A model generated the notes under the pieces. That model was given only the letters and a program-made list of their open reading frames with translations, had not been told where the DNA came from and did no database searches. From Raillietiella orientalis (Eukaryota), in NCBI GenBank assembly GCA_036172245.1, contig JAYWIR010000071.1, positions 1-64,000 on the forward strand: DNA of 64,000 nucleotides. Direction: 5' to 3'. The position numbers and the translations under genes are program-made. Shown piece by piece: positions 50,701 through 64,000 of the stretch (position 1 is its first letter; each line of letters begins with the position of its first letter).

Positions 50701-53511
50701 ACCACTGTCGGAGTTAAAAAGTGATTTTTTTAATTCGATCTGATTCACGGTATAATATAAATTTACATCCTTTGCTGGTTTGCAATCAATTCGAAGTGAG
50801 GAGATTTCACCATTGCACTTTTGCGCTTCTTCACGAAGCATCCGTTGGCAGCACGTGGAAATCTACCGGCATGGATCACCACACTTCCTTGCGATTTCCG
50901 GCGTTTAGAGGTGGATTAAGAAAAGTCCGACATTTGATTAGGGTGGGACACTTCGCACTCCGTGTTGTTTTGATAACAACCACTGTCGGAGTTAAAAAGT
51001 GAATTTTTTTATTCGATCTCATTCACGGTATGGTATAAATTTACATCTTTTGGTGGTTTGTAATCTATTCGTAGTACGGTGATTCCACCATTGCACTTTT
51101 GCGCTTCTTCACGAAGCATCCGTTGGCAGCCTGAGGCAATCTACCGTCATGGATAACCGCACCATCATGCGATTTCCTGGTTTCAGAGGTGGATTGAGAA
51201 AATTCCCACATTTCATTAGGGCGGGGCACTTTACACTCCGTGTTGTTTTCATGGCAACCACTATCGGAATTAAAAAGCAAATTATTTAATTCGATCTGAT
51301 TCATTTTATGGTACAAATTTCCATCTTTTGCTGGTTTGTAATCAATTCGAAGTGAGGAGATTTCACCATGCACTGTTGCGCTTTTTCACGAAGCATCCGT
51401 TGGCAGCGCTAGGCAATCTACCGTCATGGATAACCGCACCACCTTACGATTTCCTGGTTCCAGAGGTGGATTAAGAAAAGTCCGACATTTGATTAGGGTG
51501 GGACACTTTGCACTCCGTGTTGTTTTCATGGCAACCACTGTCGGAGTTAAAAAGTGAATTTTTTAATTCGATATGATTCATTTTATGGTACAAATTTACA
51601 TCTTTTGCTGGTTTGTAATCAATTCGTAGTACGGAGATTTCACCATTGCACTGTTGCGCTTTTTCATCCGTTGGCAGCGCGAGGCAATCTACCGTCATGG
51701 ATAACCGCACCACCTACGATTTCCTGGTTTCAGAGGTGGATTAAGAAAAGTGCGACATTTGATTAGGGTGGGACACTTTGCACTCCGTGTTGTTTTCATG
51801 GCAACCACTGTCGGAGTTAAAAAGTGAATTATTTAATTCGATATGATTCATTTTATGGTACAAATTTACATCTTTTGCTGGTTTGTAATCAATTCGAAGT
51901 GAGGAGATTTCACCATTGCACTGTTGCGCTTTTTCACGAAGCATCCGTTGGCAGCGCGAGGCAATCTACCGTCATGGATAACCGCACCACCTTACGATTT
52001 CCTGGTTTCAGAGGTGGATTAAGAAAAGTGCGACATTTGATTAGGGTGGGACACGTTGCACTCCGTGTTGTTTTGATATCAACCACTATCGGAATTAGAA
52101 AGTGAATTATTTAAGTCGATCTCATTCATTTTATGGTACAAATTTACATCTTTTGCTGGTTTGTAATCAATTCGAAGTGAGGATATTTCACCATGCACTT
52201 TTGCACTATTTCACGAAGCATCCGTTGGCAGCGCGAGGCAATCTACCGTCATGGATAACCGCACCACCTTACGATTTCCTGGTTCCAGAGGTGGATTAAG
52301 AAAAGTCCGACATTTGATTAGGGTGGGACACTTTGCACTCCGTATTGTTTTCATGGCAACCACTGTCGGAATTAGAAAGTGAATTATTTAATTCGATCTG
52401 ATTCATAGTGTGGTGCAAATTTCCATCTTTTGCTGGTTTGTAATCAATTCGAAGTGAGGAGATTTCACCATGCACTGTTGCGCTTTTTCACGAAGCATCC
52501 GTTGGCAGCCCGAGGCAATCTACCGTCATGGATAACCGCACCACCTTGCGATTTCCTGGTTTCAGAGGTGGATTAAGAAAAGTCCGACATTTGATTAGGG
52601 TGGGACACTTTGCACTCCGTGTTGTTTTCATGGCAACCACTATCGGAATTAGAAAGTGAATTATTTAATTCGATCTGATTCATTTTATGGTACAAATTTC
52701 CATCTTTTGCTGGTTTGTAATCAATTCGAAGTGAGGAGATTTCACCATGCACTGTTGCGCTTTTTCACGAAGCATCCGTTGGCAGCCCGAGGCAATCTAC
52801 CGTCATGGATAACCGCACCACCTTGCGATTTCCTGGTTTCAGAGGTGGATTAAGAAAAGTGCGACATTTGATTAGGGTGGGACACGTTGCACTCCGTGTT
52901 CTTTTGATGGCAACCACTATCGGAATTAGAAAGTGAATTATTTAAGTCGATCTGATTCATTTTATGGTACAAATTTACAACTTTTGCTGGTTTGTAATCA
53001 ATTCGAAGTGAGGAGATTTCACCATGCACTGTTGCGCTTTTTCAGGAAGCATCCGTTGGCAGCGCGAGGCAATCTACCGTCATGGATAACCGCACCACCT
53101 TGCGATTTCCTGGTTTCAGAGGTGGATTAAGAAAAGTGCGACATTTGATTAGGGTGGGACACGTTGCACTCCGTGTTCTTTTGATGGCAACCACTATCGG
53201 AATTAGAAAGTGAATTATTTAAGTCGGTCTGATTCATTTTATGGTACAAATTTACATTTTTTCTCGTTTGTAATCAATTCGAAGTGAGAAGATTCCACCA
53301 TTGCACTATTGCGCATCTTAATGAAGCATCCATTGGCAGGGCGATTCAATCTACCGTCATGGATCCCCGCACCACCTTGCGATTTCCTGCTTTCACAGGT
53401 GGATGAAGAACAGTCCGACATTTGATTAGGGCGGGGCACTTTGCACTCCGTGTTGTTTTGATGGCAACCACTGTAGGAATTAGAAAGTGAATTATTTAAT
53501 TTGATCTGATT
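38767..53511 (+). repeat. Satellite array, 277/278-bp monomer, ~53 copies, homogeneous with higher-order structure
   Basis: gtgttgt.ttcatggcaacc recurs at 38768, 39046 and onward. ORF-track periodicities of 278, 1385, 3323 and 4708/4709 bp. Confidence 0.98.
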
Positions 53512-56500
53512 GTGAAATCTGCTCAGTTCGAAATGATTACAAAGCAGAAAAAGATTTCAATTTGGGCCACATATTGGATATGAAGGAACAACAACAATTT
53601 CTTTCTAATTCCGACAGTTGTTGCCATAAATAGAACACAGAGTCCACAGTGACCCGCTCTAATGACATATCGGATTCATTTTTATCATGCTCTGTAACGA
53701 GAAAATTGAAAGGATGTGCGGTGATCCATGACGGTAGCATGCCTGTCGCTGGAAATGGATGCGAGGAGAAGTTGCGTAAAATGCAGTGCTGAAATCTCCT
53801 CATACTAAATTGATTACAAACCAGCAAGAGATTTAAATTTGGACTACATAATGGATCAGATCTAAGGAAAACATTCCCTTTCTAATTTCCATACTGGTTA
53901 CCATGAAAACAACACACAATCCAAAGTGCCCCGCACTAATGAAATGTCGGATTCTTATTCATCATCCTCTGAATCGAGGAAATTGGAAGGATGTGCGGCT
54001 TCATGTCGTGATTGTGCCACTCGCTGCAAATGGATAATTCTTGATGAAGCGCCAAAGTGCAATGTTGAAATTGCCTCATTGCGAATTGTTTACAAAACAA
54101 GAAAAGATGTAAATTTTGTTTATATTATGAATAAGATGGAAGAAAACCATTTTCTTTCTAATTCTTACAGTTGTTTCCATGAATACAACACAGAGACCAA
54201 AGTGACCCGGTCTAATGTAATATCGGATTCATTTTAATCATGCTCTGAAACTAGCAAATTGGAAAGATGTGCGGTGATCCATGAAGGTAGGATGCCTCTC
54301 GCTGGAAAGGGATACGTGGTGAATTAGCGTAAAATGCAATGCTGAAATCTCCTCATTCCGAATTGATTACAAACCTGCAAAAGATCTTCATTTGAATTAC
54401 ACAATCAATCAGATCTAAGGAAAAAGTTCCTTTTCTAATTCCGACACTGCTTACCATGTAAACAACACAAAGTCCAAAGTGATCCGCGTTATTGAAATTG
54501 GCGACTCATCTCAATCATTCTCCGAAACCAGGATGTTGCAAGGATGTACGACTCCATGCCGTGAATTTGACACTCACTCCAAATGGGTGTTTGTTGAATG
54601 AGCCCAAAATTGCAATGGTCAAATCTGCTTATTTCGAGTTGATTACAAAGCTGCAAAAGATGCAATTTTGGACCACATAATGAATATTGATTGAAGAAAA
54701 ACATTTTCTCTCCTATTCTGACAGTGGTTACCATAAAAATAACACAGAGTCCAAAGTGCCCCGCACTAATGAAATGTCGGATTCTTATTCATCATCCTGT
54801 GTAACCAGGAAATTGGAAGGATGTGCGGCTCCATGTCGTGAATATGCCAGTCGATGTTAATGGATGCTTCTTTTAGAAACGCGAAAGTGCAATGTTGAAA
54901 TGTCCTCATTTTGAATTGATTACAAAACAGGAAAAGATGTAAATTTGGTCCATATAATGAATAAGATCGAAGAAAACCATTTTCTTTCTAATTCCTACAG
55001 TTGTTATTATGAATACAACTTAGAGTCCAAAGTGACCCGCTCTAATGAAATAACGGATTTATTTGAATGATGCTCTGAAACTAGAAAAATGCAAGGAAGT
55101 GCGTTGATCCATGAAGGTAGGATGCCTCTCGCTGGAAATGAATGCGAGGTGCAGTAGCGTAAAATGCAATGCTGAAATCTCCTCATTCCGAATTGATTAC
55201 AAACCACGGAAAGATGGAAATTTTGACAACATATTAATGAGATTGAAGGAAAACATTCCTTTCTAATTCCGACACTGGTTTCCATGAAAAGAACACAGAG
55301 TCCAAGGTAACCCGTTCTAAAAAAATATCGGATTCTATTTGATCATCCTCAGCAATGAGGAAATTGCAAGAATGTGCGTTGATCCATGACGGTAGCATGC
55401 CTGTCGCTGGAAATGGATGCGTGGTGAAGTAGCGTAAAATTCAATGCTGAAATCTCCTCATTCCGAATTGATTACAAACCAGCAAGAGATGTAAATTTGG
55501 ACTACATAATGAATCGGATCTAAGGAAAACATTCCCTTTCTAATTTCGACACTGCATACCATGAAAACAACACAGAGTCCGAAGTGACCCGCTGGAATGA
55601 AATCTCGGACTCTTATTCATTATCCTCCGTAATCAGGAAATTGGAAGCATGGGCGGTTCCATGTCCTGAATGTGCCACGCGCTGCAAATGGATGCTTCCT
55701 GAAGAAGCGCAAAAGTGCAATGTTGAAATGTCCTTATCTCGAATTGATTAGAAACCAGCAAAAGATGTAAATTTGGACCACATAATGAATAAGATCGAAG
55801 AGAAACATTCCCTGTCTAATTCCGGCACTGGTTACCATGATAAAAACACATAGTCCAAAGTGCATCGGGCTATTTAAATGTCCCACTGTTCTTAGTCACT
55901 CTCCGAAACCAGGACGTTGCTAGGTTCTGCGGCTTATGTCGTGAATTTGACAGTCACTAGAAATGGAGGTTTCTTGAAGAAGCGCAAAAGTGTATTGGTG
56001 AAATCTGCTCATTTCAAATAGATTAAAAACCATCAGAGAATGTAAATTTGGACCACATCATGAATCAGATCGAAAGAAAAAATCTCCTTACTAATTCCTA
56101 CTCGGGTTACCATGAAAACAACACAGACTGCAAAGTGCCTTGGCCTAATGAAATGCCGGAATCTTGTTAATTATCCTGTGCAACCACGAAATTGTAAGGT
56201 TGTGCGGTGAACCATGACGGGAGGTTGCCTCTGACAGCAAATGGATCATCCTTCAAGAAGGGCAAAAGAAGATTGGTGAAAGAATATGTGTTGGAATATA
56301 TTACAAAACCCCCAAAAGTTTCAAATTTGCACTCCACAATGAATCAGATAAAAGGAAAAAATTACTTTTATAAATCCTAGTCTGGTTGCCATGAAAAGAA
56401 CACCGATTGCAAAGTGACCCGCACAAATGAAATTTCGGAGGCTTCTTAAACATCCTCTGTAACCAGATAATTGTAAAATTGTGCGGTGATCCATGACGGC

Positions 56501-59500
56501 ACTTTGACCCTCACTGCAAATGGATGCTCCTTGAAGAAGGGCTAAGTTGCAATGGTGAAATCTCCTTATTTCGAATTGATTAAAAACCATCAGAAGATGT
56601 AAATTCGGACCACATAATAAATCAGATCGAAGGAAAAGTTTCCCTTTCTTTTGCCGACACTCGTTACCATGAAAACAACACAGACTGCAAAGTGCCCCGC
56701 CCTAATGAAATGTCGGACTCTTCTTAGATACCCTTTAAAACCAGGAAATTGTAAGGTTGTGCGGTGATCCATCAGGGCACTTTGCTTCCCACTGCAAATG
56801 GAGGCTCATTGAAACAGGGCAAAAGGCCAATGGTGAAAGAAGCTGTATTGGAATTAATTACGAAATCCCCAAAAGTTGCCAATTTGCACCACACAATGAA
56901 CCCGATCAAAGGAAAAAATTCCCTTTCTAATTGCTAGACTGGTTATTATGAAAACAACACAGACTGCAAAGTGCCCCCCCCTAATGAAATGTCGGACACT
57001 TCTTAAACATTTTTTGAAACTAGGAAATTGTAAGGTTGTGCGATGATCCATGACGGTACGTTGCCTCTTACAGCAACTGGATCCTCCTTGAAGAAGCGCA
57101 AGAGTGCACTGATGCAATATGCTCATTTCGAATCAATTTAAAACAAACAGAAGGTGTAACTTAAGACCACAAAATGAATCACACCGAAGGAAAGAGTTCC
57201 CTTTCTATTTATGACACTAGTAACCATGAAAACAACCGACTGCAAAGTGCATAACCATAATGAAATGTCGGACACTTCTTGAACATCCTCTGAAACCAGG
57301 AAATTGAAAGGTTGTGCGTAGAAACATGACGGTACTTTGCCTCTCACTGCATATGGTTCCTCCGCGAAGAAGGGCAAAGGTGCAATGGTGAAATCTGCTT
57401 ATCTCGTATTGATTAAAAAACACCACAGGAAGAAACTATTGATCCACGGAAAAAATTCTCTTTGTAATTCCGATCCTGGTTACCATGAAAACAACACAGA
57501 CTACAAAGTGCTCAACCCTAATGAAATATCGGACACCTCCAGAACATACTCTGAAACCAGGATGTTGTTAGTATGTGCGGCTCCATGCCGTGAATATGCC
57601 AATCGATGTAAATGGATGCTTCGTTAACAAGCGCAAAAGTGCAATGGTGAAATGTGCTCATTTTGAATTGATTGCAAACCAGCAAAAGATGTAAATTCGG
57701 ACCACATAATGAATAAGATCGAAGAAAAACATTCTCTTTCTAATTCCGACAGTTGTTACCATGAATACCACACAGAGTCCAAAGTGACCCGCTCTAATGA
57801 AATATCGGATTCATTTTAATCATGCTTTGAAACTAGCAAACTGGAAGCATGTGCGGTGATCCATGAAGGTAGGATGCCTCTCGCTCGGAATGGATACGTG
57901 GTGAAGTAGCGTAAAATGCAATGCTGAAATCTACTTATTCCGAATTGATTACAAACCCGCAAAAGATGAACATTTGAACCACACAATCAATCAGATCTAA
58001 GGAAAAAGTTCGTTTTCTAATTCCGACACTGGATACCCTATAAACAACACAGAGTCCACAGTGACCCGCATTATTGAAATTTCCGACTCATCTCAATCAT
58101 TCTCGGAAACCAGGATGTTGTTAGTATATGCGCCTCCATGCCGTGAATTTGACACTCACTCCAGATGGGTGTTTCTTGAATCAGCGCAAAATTGCAATGG
58201 TGAAATCTGCCCATTTGGAATTGATTACAAAGCTGTAAAAGATGTAAATTTGGACCACATGAAAATGGATGCGTGGTGAATCAGCGTGAAATGCAATGCT
58301 GAAATCTCCTTATTCCCAATTGATTACAAACCACGAAAAGATGGAAATTTTGACAACATACCAATGAGATTGAAGCAAAACATTCCTTTGTAATTCCGAT
58401 ACTGGTTTCCATGAAAACAACACAGATTCCAAAGTGACCCGCTCTAGTGAAATATCGGATTCTTTTGAATCCTGCTCTGAAACTAGAAAATTGCAAGGAT
58501 GTGCGCTGATTCATGACGGTAGCATGCCTCTCGCTGGAAATGGATGCGTGGTGAAGTTGCGTAAAATGCAATGCTGAATTCTCCTCATTCCGAATTGATT
58601 ACAAACCAGCAAAAGATGTAAATTCGCACCACATAACGAATCAGATCTAAGGAAAACATTGCCTTTCTAATTCCGTCTCTCGTTTGCGTGAAAACAACAC
58701 AGAGTCCAAAGTGCCGAACTCTAATGAAATGTCGGATTCTTATTCATCATCCTCTGAAACTAGGAAATTCTAAGGATGTGCGGCTCCATGTCGTGAATGT
58801 GCCACTTGCTGCAATTGGATGCTTCTTGAAGAAGCACAGAAGAGCAATGTTGAAATGTCCTCATTTCGAATTGATTACAAAACAGGAAAAGATGTAAATT
58901 TGGACCATATAATGAATAACATCGAAGAAAAACATTCTCTTTCTAATTCCTAAAGTTGTTACCATGAATACGATACAGAGACCAAAGTGACCCGCTCCAA
59001 TGAAATATTGGATTCTTTATAAACCTCCTCTGAAATTAGAACATTTTAAGGATGTGCGGTGATCCTTGACGGTAGCATGCCTTTCCATGAAAATGGATGC
59101 GTGGTGAGGTAGCGTAAAATGCTATGCTGAAATCTCCTCATATCGAATTGATTACAAACCAGCAAAAGATGTAAATTTGGACCACATGAATAATAAATCT
59201 AATAAGAACATTCCCATTCTAATTCCGACGCTGGTTACCAAGAAAACAACACAGACTACAAAGTGTCTTGCTGGAATGAAATAGCGGACTCTTATTCATT
59301 ATCCTCTGTAATCAGGAAATTGGAAGCATGGGCGGCTCCATTTCGTGAATGTGCCACTCGCTGCAATTGGATGTTTCTTGAAGAAGCGCAAAAGTGCAAT
59401 GGTGAAATGTCCTCATTTCGAATTGATTACAAACCAGCAAAAGATGTCAGTTTCCACCACATAATAATTAAGATCGAAGAAAAACATTTTCTTTCCAATC

Positions 59501-60335
59501 CCGACAGTTGTTACCATGAAAACAACACAGAATTCAAAATGACCCGCTCTAATGAAATATTCGATTCTTTATAAACCTCCTCTGAAATTACAACATTTTA
59601 AGGATGTGCGGTGATCTATAATGGTAGCATGCCTGTCGCTGGAAATGGATGCGTGGTGAAGTTGCGTAAAATGCAATGCTGAAATCTCCTCATTCCGAAT
59701 TGATTACAAAGCAGCAAAAGATGTAAATTCGCACCACATAACGAATCAGATCTAAGGAAAACATTGTCTTTCTAATTCCGTCTCTGGTTTGCGTAAAAAC
59801 AACACAGAGTCCAAAGTGCCCAACTCTAATGAAATGTCGGACTGTTCTTCATCCACCTCTAAACGCAGGAAATCGCAAGGTAGTGTGGTGAACCATGCCG
59901 GTAGATTTCCTAGCGCTGCCAGCGGATGCTTCGTGAAGAAGCGTAAAAGTGCAATGGTGAAATCTCCGTACTTCGAATTGATTACAAACCAGCAAAAGAT
60001 GTAAATTTGTACCATAAATTGAATCAGATCGAATTAAATAATTCACTTTCCAATTTCGACAGTGGTTGCCATGAAAACAATACGGAGTGCAAAGTGTCCC
60101 ACCCTAATCAAATGTCGGAATTTTCTTAATCCACCTCTGAAACCAGGAAATCGCAAGGTGGTGCGGTTATCCATGACGGTAGATTGCCTCGCGCTGCCAA
60201 CGTATGCTTCGTGAAAAAGCGCAACAGTGCATGGTGAAATCTCCTCACTTCGAATTGATTACAAACCAGCAAAAGATGTAAATTTATACCATACCGTGAA
60301 TCAGATCGAATTAAAAAATTCACTTTTTAACTCCG
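53512..60335 (-). repeat. Same satellite in opposite orientation, ~24-25 mostly diverged monomers
   Basis: Reverse-complement motifs such as gaattgattacaaaccagcaaaagatgtaaattt. Diverged up to ~59830, then near-identical to the left-arm monomers. Confidence 0.96.
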
Positions 60336-62366
60336 TTTAACTATTGCGTTTCCCTTGGAACCAGAGTTTCAGACAAAGTTATTCTCCAAAGGGTTCAAGA
60401 ACAAATCGTTCATATCGAATCTTTGGTTGAAGTGCTCATCCGAAACGAAGAAAGTTCCTTTGACTTGGAATTTTGTTGTTAACATTTAGGACGATCACCT
60501 TCCAGTACATGAAATGTTGTGTGCAGTCTGTGTTCACTGTGTAACTAAGGAAACCATGTTCCTGAATCCAGATTTAGAATTTTTCTTTGAGCTTGATTCT
60601 GAAATTGGGCTGATCTCAGTTGGTCTCACCCTTGGAAGCAAATGCAAATCACCTGTGATCTCGCTTTTTTTGTTGATCAAATAGTCAGAAACGACTTTTG
60701 CGATGAGCACCAACTTTTAAATAATGCTTCAGGAAGTGTTCTATCCCATTGTATGCATGCAAGCCCATGTGTTTCGAGATACATGCAGTGTTCGCGGAAG
60801 TTTGCCTGTTTTCTGGTGAAATGGAAAAGGATCTTTCATACACAAGGTAGGATTCGTTGATTCCCTTGATCTGCGATTAATCACACTTTATTGCTGTATT
60901 CCTCTTTGAATTTAAATCTAATTCACGGAGAGATAATAATTTAATCTAATCTTATTCAAGTAGCCAAAAATCCTAAATCGGCTTCGCTACATTGGATCTT
61001 CATTCCAAATAATTCCCCTCCACTGAATTCCAATCTTTGTTCTACTTGTTTATTCTTACAAAAATTTGATATTTAAATTCTGCCTGTTGTAGTGGATCAG
61101 CAACTAGTTTGAGTATTTGATCACAATTGACAAACTGTTCTAACGTTTTTTTTCATTATGGGTAGCAAGAACACAGTGCGGTGGTCTGGTTACAAATGTA
61201 ACGAACACGTGAAGAAATAGCAGTAGCTTAATAGCAGAAATCTCACGTGATCAACAATGGCTTCTCAGCTTGCATTTTATGTTTGTACTATTGAATCAAA
61301 GATTAAATGACATTGAGTGATTTAATAATAATAGTTTCATTAAATGCAAGCTGACATGAATGCACATTGATAAATTCCTGGGTATGAAAATCTAGAGTGT
61401 GTTTCTTTGAAGAATGGCGGATTTTGAAAGGCATCGAGCGGGATTCCATTAACCACTGTTGGCAACCTTGTGTGCGCATGTGTGCGTTCGCCATGCTTTC
61501 TGAGAGCGCGGGCGGAACAATTTTCGCGAGGTTAAAGCAAAGGTTAGAGTGACTCGGGTTTCTTCGGAAATACCGCGTCATTCATGTGCCGTGTAAGCTA
61601 GGTATTTCGCATCATTTGGCAGCATGTGGATTTTGTGGGATTGGATTACTTAGTACATTAGTGCTCTGCGAGTGTCTGATATTAAAGTTGCACAATATTG
61701 GCTATGCATCCCCTGGATTAGTGCGAAATTTCAAGCATGCATATTCGCAAATCAAACCGGGAGAGGAAAAAAGAAGAGCTTCTGAATGTAGCTGTGAGAT
61801 TTACGGAAGAAACTGATGAAGACTCGCAGGTTTGTGAAAAAATTTTAATTGGTATTACGTAATTTCATCATATTCCTTATTTCAAAACGAATCAGCAGGA
61901 TCAACAGTACTCGTACACCATACATGTGAATGTTGCCAGTACATTGCTTAATTGGTTACCAGGAAATCACTTGATGTAGTGCTTTTGAGTAGTATCTCCC
62001 GAAAGAATGCACTCCTAAGATGGATTGTTTTGTTTTAGTCGTTTTGTTCCATTTTTTTGCCAAGGATTTTGTGACTTGGAAACCTTTCTGTGTCTGTAGA
62101 ATTAGGCAGATTACGATAACCAAAATCTGTGCGAACTGAAATTCAGTTGAACACAGAATCTTGACGTGGGTAAATGATTGCTATTAAGGAATATTTGAAC
62201 CAGCAAAATAGTAATTTTGCTGGTTTAACGTTTTATAGCTCCATGATTGTTTCAGTGCATTTTGATAAGATCATTATAAAAAGAAATAAAATCTCAAACA
62301 AGTAAGACTGAATTACACGAGGATTTGTGAAAGTGAGAAATCCTCTTTTAATGTGGGTACTCAGTT

Positions 62367-62410
62367 CTTCCAACTCAGCAAGGACTCAGAATTCCTTGCT
62401 GAGTTGGAAG
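62367..62410. repeat. Perfect inverted repeat, 18-bp stem, 8-nt loop
   Basis: cttccaactcagcaagga-ctcagaat-tccttgctgagttggaag. Confidence 0.97.
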
Positions 62411-62705
62411 TAGAGTTAGGAGAAGTATGTAAAGGGTAAAAACAAAAAGATAAGAGGGTAAAGAGGGTAACTGACATGCCTAATGAACTCTGTATAGACT
62501 GGGTACTACTGTGGTTTGTGATAAAAAGGTACAACAAGTAAATTCTGGTATTTGTAATTTACTTTTGGCATTCTGGTATTCATGTTAAGTTAATGTATAA
62601 TCCAGCAGGTTTTGGATATTAGAGTGACTGCCTGTGTTTGAAGATGCCAATGCAAAGAAAATGCTGAGAAATTCCAATATGGAATTGTTGATGAACTGAA
62701 GAATT

Positions 62706-62758
62706 TTCAATTTCCACACTGAAGATGTGGCAACCACATCTTCAGTGTGGAAATTGAA
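62706..62758. repeat. Perfect inverted repeat, 25-bp stem, 3-nt loop
   Basis: ttcaatttccacactgaagatgtgg-caa-ccacatcttcagtgtggaaattgaa. Confidence 0.97.
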
Positions 62759-64000
62759 TGTGGTTTCTTATTGAAATTGATAACACTGAAGTTCGTCTAT
62801 GGCTTGTGATTTTGATGCTTTCTTTGATGATGGCATAGCTCTTATTGTGTTTCCACTGCTCTCTGGATAGTTTGGAAACAGGACAGTAGTACATAGTTTT
62901 TCATGATTGTTTCTCAGCATGAGCATTTTATTCAGCACTATAGTTTGGAGTGGAATTTGATGCATTGAGGAAACAAGTGCACTGTGAGATTGTTGCACAA
63001 AAAAATTCCAAATTGCAAGTTTTCGATTGATTCCTGGTAATTGTTTAAATTATTGTCATGACAATTATGATGGTAGAAGGACTGCACTGACTGAATGTGG
63101 AAGCAAAATCAAAGTCTTTTGGTCTTAGAGTGCACCGCTTTTAAGATGATGTGTTGTATCTATCCTGATTTACTATCTTTTCTTTTTGGTGTTTATGACA
63201 TAGTTTGCGCTCTCAAAGTTGAGCATACGTTTATTTCCATGCACCAAAGCCAATATTGTTTTCTGTTTGCTAATCAGTGTGCTTCTGATCATAAGTTGGA
63301 AAGCTGTTGCTTAGTCATCCTACTGAACTGCAGATTCTATTGAGTCTTTGTTAGTATGCTGCTTCTAGTAAAATAATATAAGCCTTACAGATCAACGGGG
63401 TCATTACATGGCTTTCTTCAAGTTGTATGGAATTAGAAAACAAAGGAAAACTTGATACTGTAACACCTAATAAAGCAAACATTTCAATGGACTTATTCTT
63501 TGGAGGATATCTGGTTCCATGGTTATTGTGTGTGTGTGAAGGAACTTGTAACAGTGTTTCAGCCTGGTTTGACTTGCTGCTTTGCCTTTTTAAATGAGAT
63601 TTACACATTGTTGTTGTATATTAACTTGCTAGTGCTTCCACCATCAAATTTCTTCACATTCCAGCTTCTCAGAAGCTCTTTGATGCACTTACATTGTGGA
63701 ACAACTGGTGGCCACAGCAAGTAGCATGAAATGGACACTCCCGTTTGTGTGTTTTTTCCTTACACTGGTGGTTTGTCCTGTAACCAGTTTGTAGCATTTA
63801 TTACAATCACAAGCCAGTGGTACAACAAGATATTTTTGGAGGAAGGGAATGATGGGTTCCAAACCAACTTGACAGTAATGGCATTCATTTATTGTGCAGG
63901 CTAATTGTGATGGGATGCACAGGGGTGATGTACTGGTAAGGAAACGTTTGTGGGAGACAACCATGCATCAAAAGAGTTGTCTCATCAATGCTTCTCCGCA

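Noticed and set aside
38805..60323. Dozens of recurring 60-110 aa ORFs, or a CRISPR-like array
   Set aside because: They are translations of satellite monomers with frame-breaking 277/278-bp indels. There are no unique spacers and no cas genes.
62000..64000. Decayed GPI mannosyltransferase-like exons on the + strand
   Set aside because: Only vague motif resemblance with many stops; not supportable without a search.

Overview
This is eukaryotic nuclear DNA, most likely from an arthropod judging by the mitochondrial gene order and code, and it looks like a rearranged, satellite-adjacent patchwork. (1) 1.5-10.9 kb: a divergent membrane-anchored M1 aminopeptidase N (APN)-like gene that appears scrambled. 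Six clean exons lie on the - strand. The rest of the protein (end of the N-domain, degenerate catalytic domain, domain III, middle of ERAP1_C) appears on the + strand as four individually inverted, decayed blocks, each part apparently present once. (2) 15.7-22.4 kb: a ~6.7 kb mitochondrial insertion (cox3 to nad1 3' end) with T-arm-less tRNAs and a rearranged tRNA order, plus six smaller and more degraded mitochondrial fragments elsewhere. (3) Two Tx1/L1-like LINE fragments, an aspartic protease fragment, an ankyrin fragment and an intron-containing eIF3f pseudogene. (4) 38.8-60.3 kb: a 277/278-bp satellite with higher-order structure and an orientation switch at ~53.5 kb. (5) A cluster of perfect hairpins at ~62.2-62.8 kb. 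All homology calls were made by eye against remembered family motifs; no searches were run. An amplification or assembly chimera origin for the scrambling cannot be excluded.
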